Assembly (NCBI GenBank): GCA_031271345.1
Contig: JAISVX010000003.1
Span: forward strand, 167,374 to 231,373
Reading direction: 5' to 3'
DNA: 64,000 nt
DNA from: Lactobacillaceae bacterium
GTDB lineage: Bacteria; Pseudomonadota; Alphaproteobacteria; RF32; CAG-239
Notes under the pieces: generated by a model
Database searches by the model: none
What the model was told of the DNA's origin: nothing
The model's input: the letters and a program-made list of their open reading frames with translations, nothing else
Made by a program: the position numbers and the translations under genes
Part shown: positions 55,748 to 64,000 of the stretch, in pieces
Numbering within the stretch: position 1 is the stretch's first letter
Layout of the letters: each line of letters starts with the position of its first letter

Positions 55748-56239
55748 ATGTCTAATAATTTGGATACTAAAGTTATTGGTAAGCTGGCTGAGATTCTTGA
55801 TAAAAACAATCTTACAGAAATTGAATACGAAAGCGAAGATTGCAGAATTTGCATAACTCGAGACTTTTCTAACCATGCGGCGCCAGTTTATGCTGCTCCG
55901 GCTCCTGTTATGCCGGTTTCAGCTCCAGTAACAGCTCCAGTTTATGCTGCGCCTGCTCCTGCGGAAGCTGCTGTGTGCGCTGCGAGCGTAGATTATAGCA
56001 AGCACCCTGGTGCGGTTAAATCTCCGATGGTCGGCGTTGTTTATTTATCAAGCGCGCCTAACCAGCCGGACTATGTAAGTGTCGGCGATAATGTTAAAGA
56101 AGGCGATACAGTTTGTTTGATTGAAGCGATGAAGACTTTCAATCCTGTTAAAGCTGCCAAAGCAGGTAAAGTAAAAGAAATTTTAGTTACAAGCGGCGAC
56201 CCGGTGGAATATGGCGAACCATTAGTCATTATTGAGTAG
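55748..56239 (+). CDS. accB: Biotin carboxyl carrier protein of acetyl-CoA carboxylase
   Basis: Ala/Pro-rich linker and biotinyl motif CLIEAMKTFN. Start chosen at the second ATG, which has AAGAG upstream; the track starts at 55733. Confidence 0.85.
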   Translation: MSNNLDTKVIGKLAEILDKNNLTEIEYESEDCRICITRDFSNHAAPVYAAPAPVMPVSAPVTAPVYAAPAPAEAAVCAASVDYSKHPGAVKSPMVGVVYLSSAPNQPDYVSVGDNVKEGDTVCLIEAMKTFNPVKAAKAGKVKEILVTSGDPVEYGEPLVIIE

Positions 56240-56258
56240 TTTTTTATAGGACAATAAT

Positions 56259-57611
56259 ATGTTTGAAAAAATATTAATAGCAAACAGAGGCGAAATAGCT
56301 CTTAGAATACACCGCGCATGCAAAGAGATGGGTATTAAGACTGTTGCCGTCCACTCTGAAGCCGACGCTGACGCTATGCATGTAAGGCTTGCCGACGAAG
56401 CTGTGTGCATTGGACCGGCTCGCTCAAGCGATTCATATCTCAATAAATCCGCGATTATATCTGCGGCTGTTATAACCGGCGCGGATGCAATACATCCGGG
56501 TTTCGGGTTTTTATCGGAGAACGCCGATTTTGCCGAGATGGTTGAATCTCACGGTATTAAATTTATTGGACCTACTGCCGCTCAAATGCGTAAAATGGGC
56601 GATAAAATCACTGCGCGTCAGGCCGCGGTTGACGCCGGTATTCCAGTTACTCCAGGCTCTCCATCGTTAGATACGGTTGAAGACGCGGTAAAATGGGCAA
56701 ATAAAATCGGCTATCCTGTCATTATCAAAGCAAAAGACGGCGGCGGCGGAAAAGGCATGAAGACGGCTTTTAGCGACGAGGAAATAAAAGAAGCATATAC
56801 AATGGCAAGAGCGGAAGCAAAAGCCGCGTTTCCAAGCGATGTTGTTTATATGGAAAAATATCTTCAAAAACCGCGCCATATTGAAATGCAGATTTTAGCC
56901 GATGAACACGGCAATGTTGTTCACTTGGGCGAAAGAGACTGTTCTATTCAGCGCAATCACCAGAAAGTTATTGAAGAATCTCCGTCTCCGGCTTTAAATG
57001 CGGAACAAAGAGCAGAGATTGGCGATATTGTTCGTAAAGCGATTGAAAAAATTGGTTATTATAACGCCGGAACTTTAGAGTTTTTATATGAAGACGGTCG
57101 TTTTTATTTCTTGGAAATGAACACCCGTCTTCAAGTTGAGCATCCTGTTACCGAGGCTGTAACCGGCATTGACATTGTTCGTGAACAAATCAGAATAGCT
57201 AACGGCGCAACTTTGGGATATACTCAGGAAGACATTAAATTCAACGGTCATGCGATTGAGTGCCGTATCAATGCCGAAGACCCTGAAACATTTACTCCAT
57301 GCCCGGGAAAAATTACTGACTGGCATGCTCCTGGCGGTTTAGGGGTTCGCGTTGACTCGGCGATTTATTCCGGATACACAATTCCTCCTTATTATGACAG
57401 CATGATAGCGAAACTAATCGTTTTCGGCACCAACCGCAACGCCTGCTTGATGAGGCTGCGCCGCGCTTTGGAGGAGTTTGTAATCGGCGGTCCGAAAACC
57501 ACAATACCTCTTCAGGAAGAAATTATTTCTCAGGGTGATTTTATTGATGGCAACTATAACATCCATTGGCTGGAAAAGTACATGGCTAGTAAGAAGTTTG
57601 AGCCGAAATAA
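56259..57611 (+). CDS. accC: Biotin carboxylase subunit of acetyl-CoA carboxylase
   Basis: [17 protein letters not shown]..., ATP-grasp [21 protein letters not shown]. 450 aa. Confidence 0.95.
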   Translation: MFEKILIANRGEIALRIHRACKEMGIKTVAVHSEADADAMHVRLADEAVCIGPARSSDSYLNKSAIISAAVITGADAIHPGFGFLSENADFAEMVESHGIKFIGPTAAQMRKMGDKITARQAAVDAGIPVTPGSPSLDTVEDAVKWANKIGYPVIIKAKDGGGGKGMKTAFSDEEIKEAYTMARAEAKAAFPSDVVYMEKYLQKPRHIEMQILADEHGNVVHLGERDCSIQRNHQKVIEESPSPALNAEQRAEIGDIVRKAIEKIGYYNAGTLEFLYEDGRFYFLEMNTRLQVEHPVTEAVTGIDIVREQIRIANGATLGYTQEDIKFNGHAIECRINAEDPETFTPCPGKITDWHAPGGLGVRVDSAIYSGYTIPPYYDSMIAKLIVFGTNRNACLMRLRRALEEFVIGGPKTTIPLQEEIISQGDFIDGNYNIHWLEKYMASKKFEPK

Positions 57612-57642
57612 ATTTCAATTCGAAAAGATAGCTTCTTAGGAG

Positions 57643-58572
57643 CTATTTTTTTTGTTTGTAGATAAATTTATATGCTTTTAGGTAGGTAACAAACGCAAAT
57701 AATATCATAAAAGCATTGATAACCTTTTGCGGAATATTTATCTCCCATGGGATTATGCGCAGCAAGTATGCGGTTCCGACAGTAATAACATATATTGAAA
57801 TGATGATTAAGGCTAATCTGTAGAAGTTCTTTCCCAGTTTGAATATAGCGTGAGAAACGGAGTTTTCGCCCTCGTCAATAACTCCGACCCAGGCAAAGCA
57901 TGAAGAAATAAAAACAGAAAATATAATGGCATATATTGCCGTTGTCCCTGTATATCTTGCATATCTTACGAAGGTGTCGTGAGTTATTATGTTATCCTGA
58001 ATAAAAGCAGGAATTGCGGCGTATTGCAAAATAAAAATCAAAAACTCGTATACGAAGTACATCATCATAAATCCAGCGAAAATTATTAACATTATTGCCG
58101 CCATTTTCTTTATTGAGGCAGCGAATATTTTTTTGCTGAACAAGGTCTTCTTTTTAAATAGCGTCCTGATAAGGAAGAAAAAAGCTACGTATAAAGACGC
58201 TCCTAGAAACATATAATAAAACAGCATTGCCTCATAAATGTCATATAAAACAAAGAACATCAGAACAACTCCGGCATATATTAAGCCGGAAAACGCATAC
58301 CTTTTTACAAAGATGGTAGGACTTTCGCTTTCTTTAATTGAAAACAGAGGGTTTATAAATGCATAGTAAAACAAAAAAGCGACGCCGAATATAAATGCGT
58401 GTTTAGGGTTTATGAAAGATGTAAGATATTGTGAATACTGCACTAAAGTAAAAGCCAAAATGAAACTTATGGAAAGTTTATAGTTCTTAATTATAAAGTT
58501 AAGGCTGTTTTTTATTGTTTTAAAAACCGGCAATTTATGCATGCTGCATCTCCAAAGAATTTTCCATTTCAT
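57643..58572 (-). CDS. Hypothetical polytopic membrane protein (~8 TM)
   Basis: No family recognised. The start may be the second Met. Confidence 0.4.
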   Translation of the reverse strand: MKWKILWRCSMHKLPVFKTIKNSLNFIIKNYKLSISFILAFTLVQYSQYLTSFINPKHAFIFGVAFLFYYAFINPLFSIKESESPTIFVKRYAFSGLIYAGVVLMFFVLYDIYEAMLFYYMFLGASLYVAFFFLIRTLFKKKTLFSKKIFAASIKKMAAIMLIIFAGFMMMYFVYEFLIFILQYAAIPAFIQDNIITHDTFVRYARYTGTTAIYAIIFSVFISSCFAWVGVIDEGENSVSHAIFKLGKNFYRLALIIISIYVITVGTAYLLRIIPWEINIPQKVINAFMILFAFVTYLKAYKFIYKQKK

Positions 58573-58655
58573 TACATATTAATCGATTTTTATAAATAAA
58601 GTGTTATTTTTTTGATATTTTTTTGAAAAATGTCGGAGTAAACAAAGAAATTGTT

Positions 58656-59570
58656 TTATGAGTTTCCGTCTTTGCTTTTTACGGTTAAAAGGCTTTGCAA
58701 AACTCCAGATAATTCTTTGTCTCTTTTGGGCTTGTTTATTTTGTTCAGCGCTATGCTCAGTATGTTTTCGGCAACGTGTTTTGTATATGCTTTATATTGC
58801 ATTAGCGCCTGACCTTTTAGGTCTTTCAGTTCTTTTCTGCCCGCAAGTCTTTTCTCCGCGAGTTCAATAAGTTTTGCCCTGTCTTTATTTGGAGTGTTTA
58901 TTATTAGACTGACTGGGCTTTTGTTGTCTCTGATAAAGTTCAAAAACTTTTCATTTTTAACCAAATCGTCAAGCCTTTCATTAAAATCTTTTGCAAGAGT
59001 GTTTACTTCTGCCTTAAGCGCAAATTGATTTTCCCGCTTTTGGTTAAACTGGGTGATAGGTCTTTTCTGGTTAAGGATTTTTAATAAATCTCTGGGTTTT
59101 ACTCGTTGCTCAATATCAATTTCGCCTATGGCAAGGTCGGTGATAAAGTTAAACAAATATCTGTTTAAGCCGTTCAAATTTTGTTTTACAATTTTATTGT
59201 TGGAGTTTATGACCAAGTCGCTGTCTTTTTCTTTTTTGCCGATTTTAACTTCTGGAGGCAGCTTGTTTTTGAAAGACTGGGCATTGGGATATTGTCTAAT
59301 ATGTTGTTTTATTGCTTCGTCTCTCTTGTCAACCTGGTCTTGCAAAGCATTTTTGATAAAGTTATATAAAGATTTTGTCTGTTCATGTTCGTATAAAGGG
59401 CTGGTTTCATAATCTTCAGATGAAATTTCTTCAAGGCTGCCCAGCTTAACTGGAGCGATTTTTCTTCCGCTTTGTTTGATATTTAAATCAATCCATAAGT
59501 CTTTTTTGGCATCCAAAAGAAACTTTGTTCCAGGATAGGCGTGTTTATTTAAATCTCTCAGCAAAACCAT
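58656..59570 (-). CDS. Hypothetical soluble K/E/N-rich protein, 304 aa
   Basis: Clean ORF. No family recognised. Confidence 0.4.
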   Translation of the reverse strand: MVLLRDLNKHAYPGTKFLLDAKKDLWIDLNIKQSGRKIAPVKLGSLEEISSEDYETSPLYEHEQTKSLYNFIKNALQDQVDKRDEAIKQHIRQYPNAQSFKNKLPPEVKIGKKEKDSDLVINSNNKIVKQNLNGLNRYLFNFITDLAIGEIDIEQRVKPRDLLKILNQKRPITQFNQKRENQFALKAEVNTLAKDFNERLDDLVKNEKFLNFIRDNKSPVSLIINTPNKDRAKLIELAEKRLAGRKELKDLKGQALMQYKAYTKHVAENILSIALNKINKPKRDKELSGVLQSLLTVKSKDGNS

Positions 59571-59708
59571 GATTCAGTCCCTTTACATCAGCATGTTATG
59601 CATTTTATATTAAGTTGAGGATTATTTCAATAGACAAAGTGTGAAAAGCTCTTGATTTTATAAGATAAAGCTATTAATTTTTATGAAGAGTTAAAAAAGG
59701 AGTTTGTT

Positions 59709-60161
59709 ATGCTGAGAGATGAAATTCAAAACGCTTTGAAAGAAGCTATGAAAAACAAAGATGTGAAAACGGTTGCCGCAACAAGGCTTATTATTGCGGG
59801 CATTAAAGAAAAAGACGTCGTGGCTCGCGGTAAAGGCGAAAAAGAAGCCGTCGAGGCGGATATTCTGGCATTGATGCAGTCAATGATTAAGCAGAGAAAA
59901 GAATCTCAAAAAATTTACGAAGACGCTGACCGTCATGATTTGGCGCAAAAAGAAATGGACGAGATTGAAGTAATACAGTCCTTCCTGCCAAACCAATTGT
60001 CTGAAGAAGAAACCGTTAAGGTTATTAAAGATGTGATTTCCGCGGTTAAAGCAAGCTCAATGAAAGATATGGGCGTTGTTATGGCGGAGCTTCGCGGAAA
60101 ATATGCGGGTAAGATGGATTTTTCAATTGCTTCGACAAAAGTAAAAGAACTGCTTTCATAA
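59709..60161 (+). CDS. yqeY: GatB/YqeY-domain protein
   Basis: YqeY-like sequence plus the conserved position immediately upstream of dnaG. Confidence 0.75.
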   Translation: MLRDEIQNALKEAMKNKDVKTVAATRLIIAGIKEKDVVARGKGEKEAVEADILALMQSMIKQRKESQKIYEDADRHDLAQKEMDEIEVIQSFLPNQLSEEETVKVIKDVISAVKASSMKDMGVVMAELRGKYAGKMDFSIASTKVKELLS

Positions 60162-60174
60162 AGAAGTTTGTTTA

Positions 60175-61959
60175 ATGGCGGATTTACAAAAATTTATTGA
60201 TGAATTAAGGTCGAAAGTCTCAATCGTTGAAGTGGTTGGAGATAAGGTTAAACTCACCCGCAAGGGTAGGGAATATACCGGCTTATGTCCTTTTCACAAT
60301 GAGAAAACCCCGTCATTTACAGTCAATGAGGCAAAAGGTTTTTATCACTGTTTTGGCTGCGGCGCCCATGGCGATATTGTAAAGTTTGAAATGGAAGCAA
60401 ACCATCTTCCGTTTATGGATGCTTTGAATAAACTTTCATCAAAAGCCGGCGTGGCTATGCCAAGTTTTTCCAGCGAGAACAAAGAGCATACTGAGAAGCG
60501 GAAGTCCTATTATGATATAATGGAACTGGCGGCGAAATATTTTGAAAAGAACCTTCATCTGACAGCGGGAAAAGAGGCTCAGACCTATCTTTATAACCGC
60601 GGTCTTGATGATGAAATAATTGCAAAATTCAGATTGGGATATGCGCCGGGCAATAACGGTCTGAAAGCCTTGCTGATTTCAAAAGGCATTGCCGAAACGG
60701 ATATAATTGAGCTTGGTTTAGCCTCTATATCGGATAATACCAGCCGAAGAGTTTTTGACTTCTTTCGAGACAGGGTCATTATCCCGATAATGGATAAGCA
60801 GGGAAGGGTAATCGCCTTTGGCGGAAGGATTTTGGGCGAAGGGCAGCCAAAATATCTCAACTCTCCGGAAACGCCGGTGTTCAATAAAAGACTTACCCTG
60901 TATAATCTTCACAATGCCAGGGAAAAGGGTTACGAAAGCAAAGAGCTTATTGTTTGCGAAGGCTATATGGATGTCATTGCCTTGGATAAATATGGTTTTT
61001 CCAATGCAGTCGCGCCTCTTGGAACAGCCTTGACCGAAGACCAAATTATGGCTGCGTGGAGGGTTTGCCCGGAGCCGACATTGTGTTTCGACGGCGACAG
61101 TGCCGGCATAAGGGCGGCAACCCGCTCTGCGGACAGGGTTTTGCCGATATTAAAAGCTGGAAATTCGCTAAAATTTGCGTTTCTTCCCGATAAAATGGAC
61201 CCGGATGATTTTTTAAGAGCCAGAGGCAGGGATGAATTCCTGAAAATACTTAAAGATACCAAGCCATTGGCGGATATTATATGGAAGAAAAATGTCGACG
61301 GCGTGGATATTAATACTCCCGAACAAAAAGCATTGTTTGAGAAAAATGTTTTGGCGGATGTCGCAAAAATCGGCGATGAAAGCGTAAGAAACTATTATTA
61401 CCGCGAAATGAAAAACAGGGTTTTTGCCGAGTTTACCAATAAGAACACAGCAGATGGTCAAAGGCAGTCGTATAAAAAAGAAACCAAGCCAAAGATAAAC
61501 AGACCGGGCATTGACAACAGAAGCCTGCATTTTGTTGTCTCCGCGGTGATTTATATGCCCGAACTTTTATCGGAGTATGAAGAAAAGCTGTTGATGTTTG
61601 ATATTAGAGACTCGAGGATTAAAGAGTTTATAAATAAAATTATAGAAATTTATATCGAAAATAATGATATAAAACACAGCGAACTGCTTGCGAGGTTAAA
61701 AGCCGGCGGCTTTGAAAAAGAGCTGAACAGCCTGCTTGAGATTCAGATGTTAAAGCAGCAAAACCCGTATATCGTAAAATTAAGAAAAGATATAGATTCA
61801 ACTATTTTGGAAGCCCAGGTCAAGCACATCGATGCGGAAATGCGCGAGTGCCAGAGAATTATTGATAAATCAGAAGATTTCCCCGATGATGTATATGAAA
61901 AATATACAAGCCTGAAAAAGGAAAGGGAACTGCTTTTGATGGAAAATGATGAAGCTTAG
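60175..61959 (+). CDS. dnaG: DNA primase
   Basis: Zn-ribbon CPFHNEKTPSFTV...HCFGCGAHGD. TOPRIM domain (EGYMDVIAL; DGDSAG). Confidence 0.9.
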   Translation: MADLQKFIDELRSKVSIVEVVGDKVKLTRKGREYTGLCPFHNEKTPSFTVNEAKGFYHCFGCGAHGDIVKFEMEANHLPFMDALNKLSSKAGVAMPSFSSENKEHTEKRKSYYDIMELAAKYFEKNLHLTAGKEAQTYLYNRGLDDEIIAKFRLGYAPGNNGLKALLISKGIAETDIIELGLASISDNTSRRVFDFFRDRVIIPIMDKQGRVIAFGGRILGEGQPKYLNSPETPVFNKRLTLYNLHNAREKGYESKELIVCEGYMDVIALDKYGFSNAVAPLGTALTEDQIMAAWRVCPEPTLCFDGDSAGIRAATRSADRVLPILKAGNSLKFAFLPDKMDPDDFLRARGRDEFLKILKDTKPLADIIWKKNVDGVDINTPEQKALFEKNVLADVAKIGDESVRNYYYREMKNRVFAEFTNKNTADGQRQSYKKETKPKINRPGIDNRSLHFVVSAVIYMPELLSEYEEKLLMFDIRDSRIKEFINKIIEIYIENNDIKHSELLARLKAGGFEKELNSLLEIQMLKQQNPYIVKLRKDIDSTILEAQVKHIDAEMRECQRIIDKSEDFPDDVYEKYTSLKKERELLLMENDEA

Positions 61960-62080
61960 ATTAAAAAAACATGAATTTTGTCAAAAAAACGCGTTAACCT
62001 ATTGACAAAATGGTTATTAATTCATAAATAGATATGAATTGTTTTGCTAGCACAAAAAAGTACTTTTTTTAAGGAATGAC

Positions 62081-64000
62081 ATGTCTGAATTAGAAAATCA
62101 AGAAATCTACGACGGAACAAGTGGAGATACTCCGCTGATTGATTCATTGGGAACGGCAGTTAAAAAGCTGATTGATAAAGGAAAATCAAGAGGTTTTATC
62201 ACTGTTGAAGAACTAAATAAAGCACTTCCTTCCGAGCGCGAGACTTCCGAACAAATCGAAGATATTATGGCGGAGATTTCTGATATGGGCATAAGCCTGA
62301 TTTCAGAAACAGATGTTGATAACTTTGAAGCAGAAGCTGTTGAAGAAGACGATGACTATGATGATTCCGGCAACTTTGACGAGAAAGATTTAGGCCGCAA
62401 TGACGACCCTGTCCGCATGTATCTTAAAGAAATGGGAACAGTCGAGTTATTATCCCGCGAAGGCGAGATTGCGATTGCAAAACGTATTGAAGCAGGCAAA
62501 ATTGTTATGATTGACGGTTTGTGTGCAAGCCCGATGACGATTAAAGCTATCGCAAAATGGAAAGACGATCTTCTTGACGGAAATATGCAGCTTCGCGATA
62601 TTGTTGATTTAGAAATGATGTATGGCGCGGATGAAGAAGCCATAAGCTTTGAAGACGAGGAAGATTCGGTTGAAGATTTTGAAAAAGTTGCGGCAGAACT
62701 GGTTAAAGAAGAAGATTTGGACGTTATCGACGACGATTTAGACAGCGATATAGAAATAGCCAATGACGGCGGCGAAGAGCCGGAGGACGAGGAAGAAGAG
62801 CTAGCCGAAGGCGCCGAGGGCAGCGAGACCGGCGAAGGAGACGATGATGAAGAAGGTTCCGGCAGCAGAAGCGTAGCTTCAATATCAGCTATGGAGCAGG
62901 CTTTGCTGGAGCCGGTTTTAGAAATACTGACAAAAATCTCCGGGTATTATGACACTTTAAAGAAAATTCAAAAACAACGCGTAGAAGCAATACTTTCAGG
63001 TAAAGAAGTCGCTCCTAATGTTGAAAAAAAATATCTTCAAATTAAAAAAGAATTAGTTGATTTGATGAGTTCAATCCAGCTTAACACTGTCAGAGTCCAG
63101 CAGCTGGTTGAGCAGCTGAACGAGATAAACAAACGCTTGATGGGTTTTGAAGGAAAGCTTCTTAGATATGCGACCTCATGCAAAATTAAGCGCGAAGATT
63201 TTTTAGGCGCATACCAAAAATCCGAACTGGATCCAAAATGGCTGGAAAACATGTCTAAAAAGGATAAAAACTGGGCATGTTTTGCAGAAAGACACGGTAA
63301 AGAAGTTCAGGCATTAAGAGAAAATATCGCGGATATGGCGTATGAATGCGGACTTCCAATCAGCGAATACCGCCGCATGGTTGAGACCATCAAAAAAGGC
63401 GAGCGCGAGGCGGAACGCGCAAAGAAAGAGATGATTGAAGCCAATCTGCGTTTGGTTATCTCTATTGCCAAAAAATATACCAACCGCGGTTTGCAGTTTT
63501 TGGATTTAATTCAGGAAGGCAACATCGGTTTGATGAAAGCCGTAGATAAGTTTGAATACCGCCGCGGTTATAAGTTTTCCACTTATGCGACATGGTGGAT
63601 TAGACAGGCGATTACCCGTTCGATTGCCGACCAGGCACGCACAATACGTATTCCCGTACACATGATTGAAACAATCAATAAACTGGTGAGAACTTCCCGT
63701 CAGATGTTGTCTGAAATGGGCAGGGAGCCAATTCCTGAAGAGCTTGCAGAAAGACTTTCTATGCCGCTTGAAAAAGTTCGTAAAGTTATGAAAATTGCCA
63801 AAGAGCCAGTCAGCTTGGAAGCCCCGGTAGGCGATGAAGAAGATTCATCACTGGGAGATTTTATCGCTGACGAAGGAGCTTTACAGCCTGTAGACAGCGC
63901 AATTCATTCTAACTTGAAAGAGACATGCACAAAAATCTTATCAACATTAACTCCAAGAGAAGAAAGGGTTCTCCGCATGCGTTTTGGCATCGGCATGAAT
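62081..64000 (+). CDS. rpoD: RNA polymerase sigma-70 RpoD; 3' end runs off the window
   Basis: Region 1.1, an acidic non-conserved insert, region 2 ([47 protein letters not shown]) and region 3. Open to the window edge. Confidence 0.9.
   Translation, partial: MSELENQEIYDGTSGDTPLIDSLGTAVKKLIDKGKSRGFITVEELNKALPSERETSEQIEDIMAEISDMGISLISETDVDNFEAEAVEEDDDYDDSGNFDEKDLGRNDDPVRMYLKEMGTVELLSREGEIAIAKRIEAGKIVMIDGLCASPMTIKAIAKWKDDLLDGNMQLRDIVDLEMMYGADEEAISFEDEEDSVEDFEKVAAELVKEEDLDVIDDDLDSDIEIANDGGEEPEDEEEELAEGAEGSETGEGDDDEEGSGSRSVASISAMEQALLEPVLEILTKISGYYDTLKKIQKQRVEAILSGKEVAPNVEKKYLQIKKELVDLMSSIQLNTVRVQQLVEQLNEINKRLMGFEGKLLRYATSCKIKREDFLGAYQKSELDPKWLENMSKKDKNWACFAERHGKEVQALRENIADMAYECGLPISEYRRMVETIKKGEREAERAKKEMIEANLRLVISIAKKYTNRGLQFLDLIQEGNIGLMKAVDKFEYRRGYKFSTYATWWIRQAITRSIADQARTIRIPVHMIETINKLVRTSRQMLSEMGREPIPEELAERLSMPLEKVRKVMKIAKEPVSLEAPVGDEEDSSLGDFIADEGALQPVDSAIHSNLKETCTKILSTLTPREERVLRMRFGIGMN

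Overview
This 64-kb window is AT-rich (roughly 33-36% GC, estimated by eye) and tightly packed, with many 1-14 nt overlaps between adjacent ORFs. Its composition and gene content fit an alphaproteobacterium with a reduced, probably host-associated genome, in the style of Rickettsiales or Holosporales. The lineage markers are CtrA, GcrA, RpoH sigma-32, and a GatB/YqeY-dnaG-rpoD arrangement. Core genes recognisable from conserved motifs include rluD, tsaC/sua5, pepA, recJ, mlaA, mlaC, adhE, nhaA, a cyclophilin PPIase, sodB, accB and accC. Metabolic and stress genes include a tetrameric-type cytidine deaminase, a glycerophosphodiester phosphodiesterase, a NUDIX hydrolase and fadL. There are two tRNAs, Glu-CUC on the + strand and Phe-GAA on the - strand, and several clear rho-independent terminators. 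No rRNA, CRISPR array, transposase or prophage gene was found. The main candidate for something undescribed is a three-gene minus-strand operon at 7450-10510. It holds two tandem paralogous proteins (449 and 437 aa) with C-terminal HNH-like motifs, followed with no intergenic gap by a 136-aa SUKH/Smi1-like immunity-type protein. This looks like a polymorphic-toxin/immunity or effector/anti-effector module in an otherwise housekeeping stretch. Other accessory-looking content: (1) a secreted protein with nine ~36-aa Cys4 repeats, translationally coupled to a DUF192 lipoprotein; (2) a RimK-like ATP-grasp / 7TM-transglutaminase-like / retropepsin-like cassette; (3) a 1854-aa autotransporter with an ankyrin-like N-terminal module and a Gly11 tract; (4) an ~890-bp ORF-free region bounded by terminators that holds degenerate direct repeats; (5) a GC-rich adenylate-kinase-like gene next to cdd, with a composition suggesting horizontal acquisition; (6) a tightly overlapped operon of DUF2157-like membrane protein, GDYXXLXY-like protein, HAD phosphatase and a glycerol(-1-phosphate) dehydrogenase-like gene. 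All family assignments rest on motif recognition by eye, with no database searches run, so they need HMM or structure confirmation.
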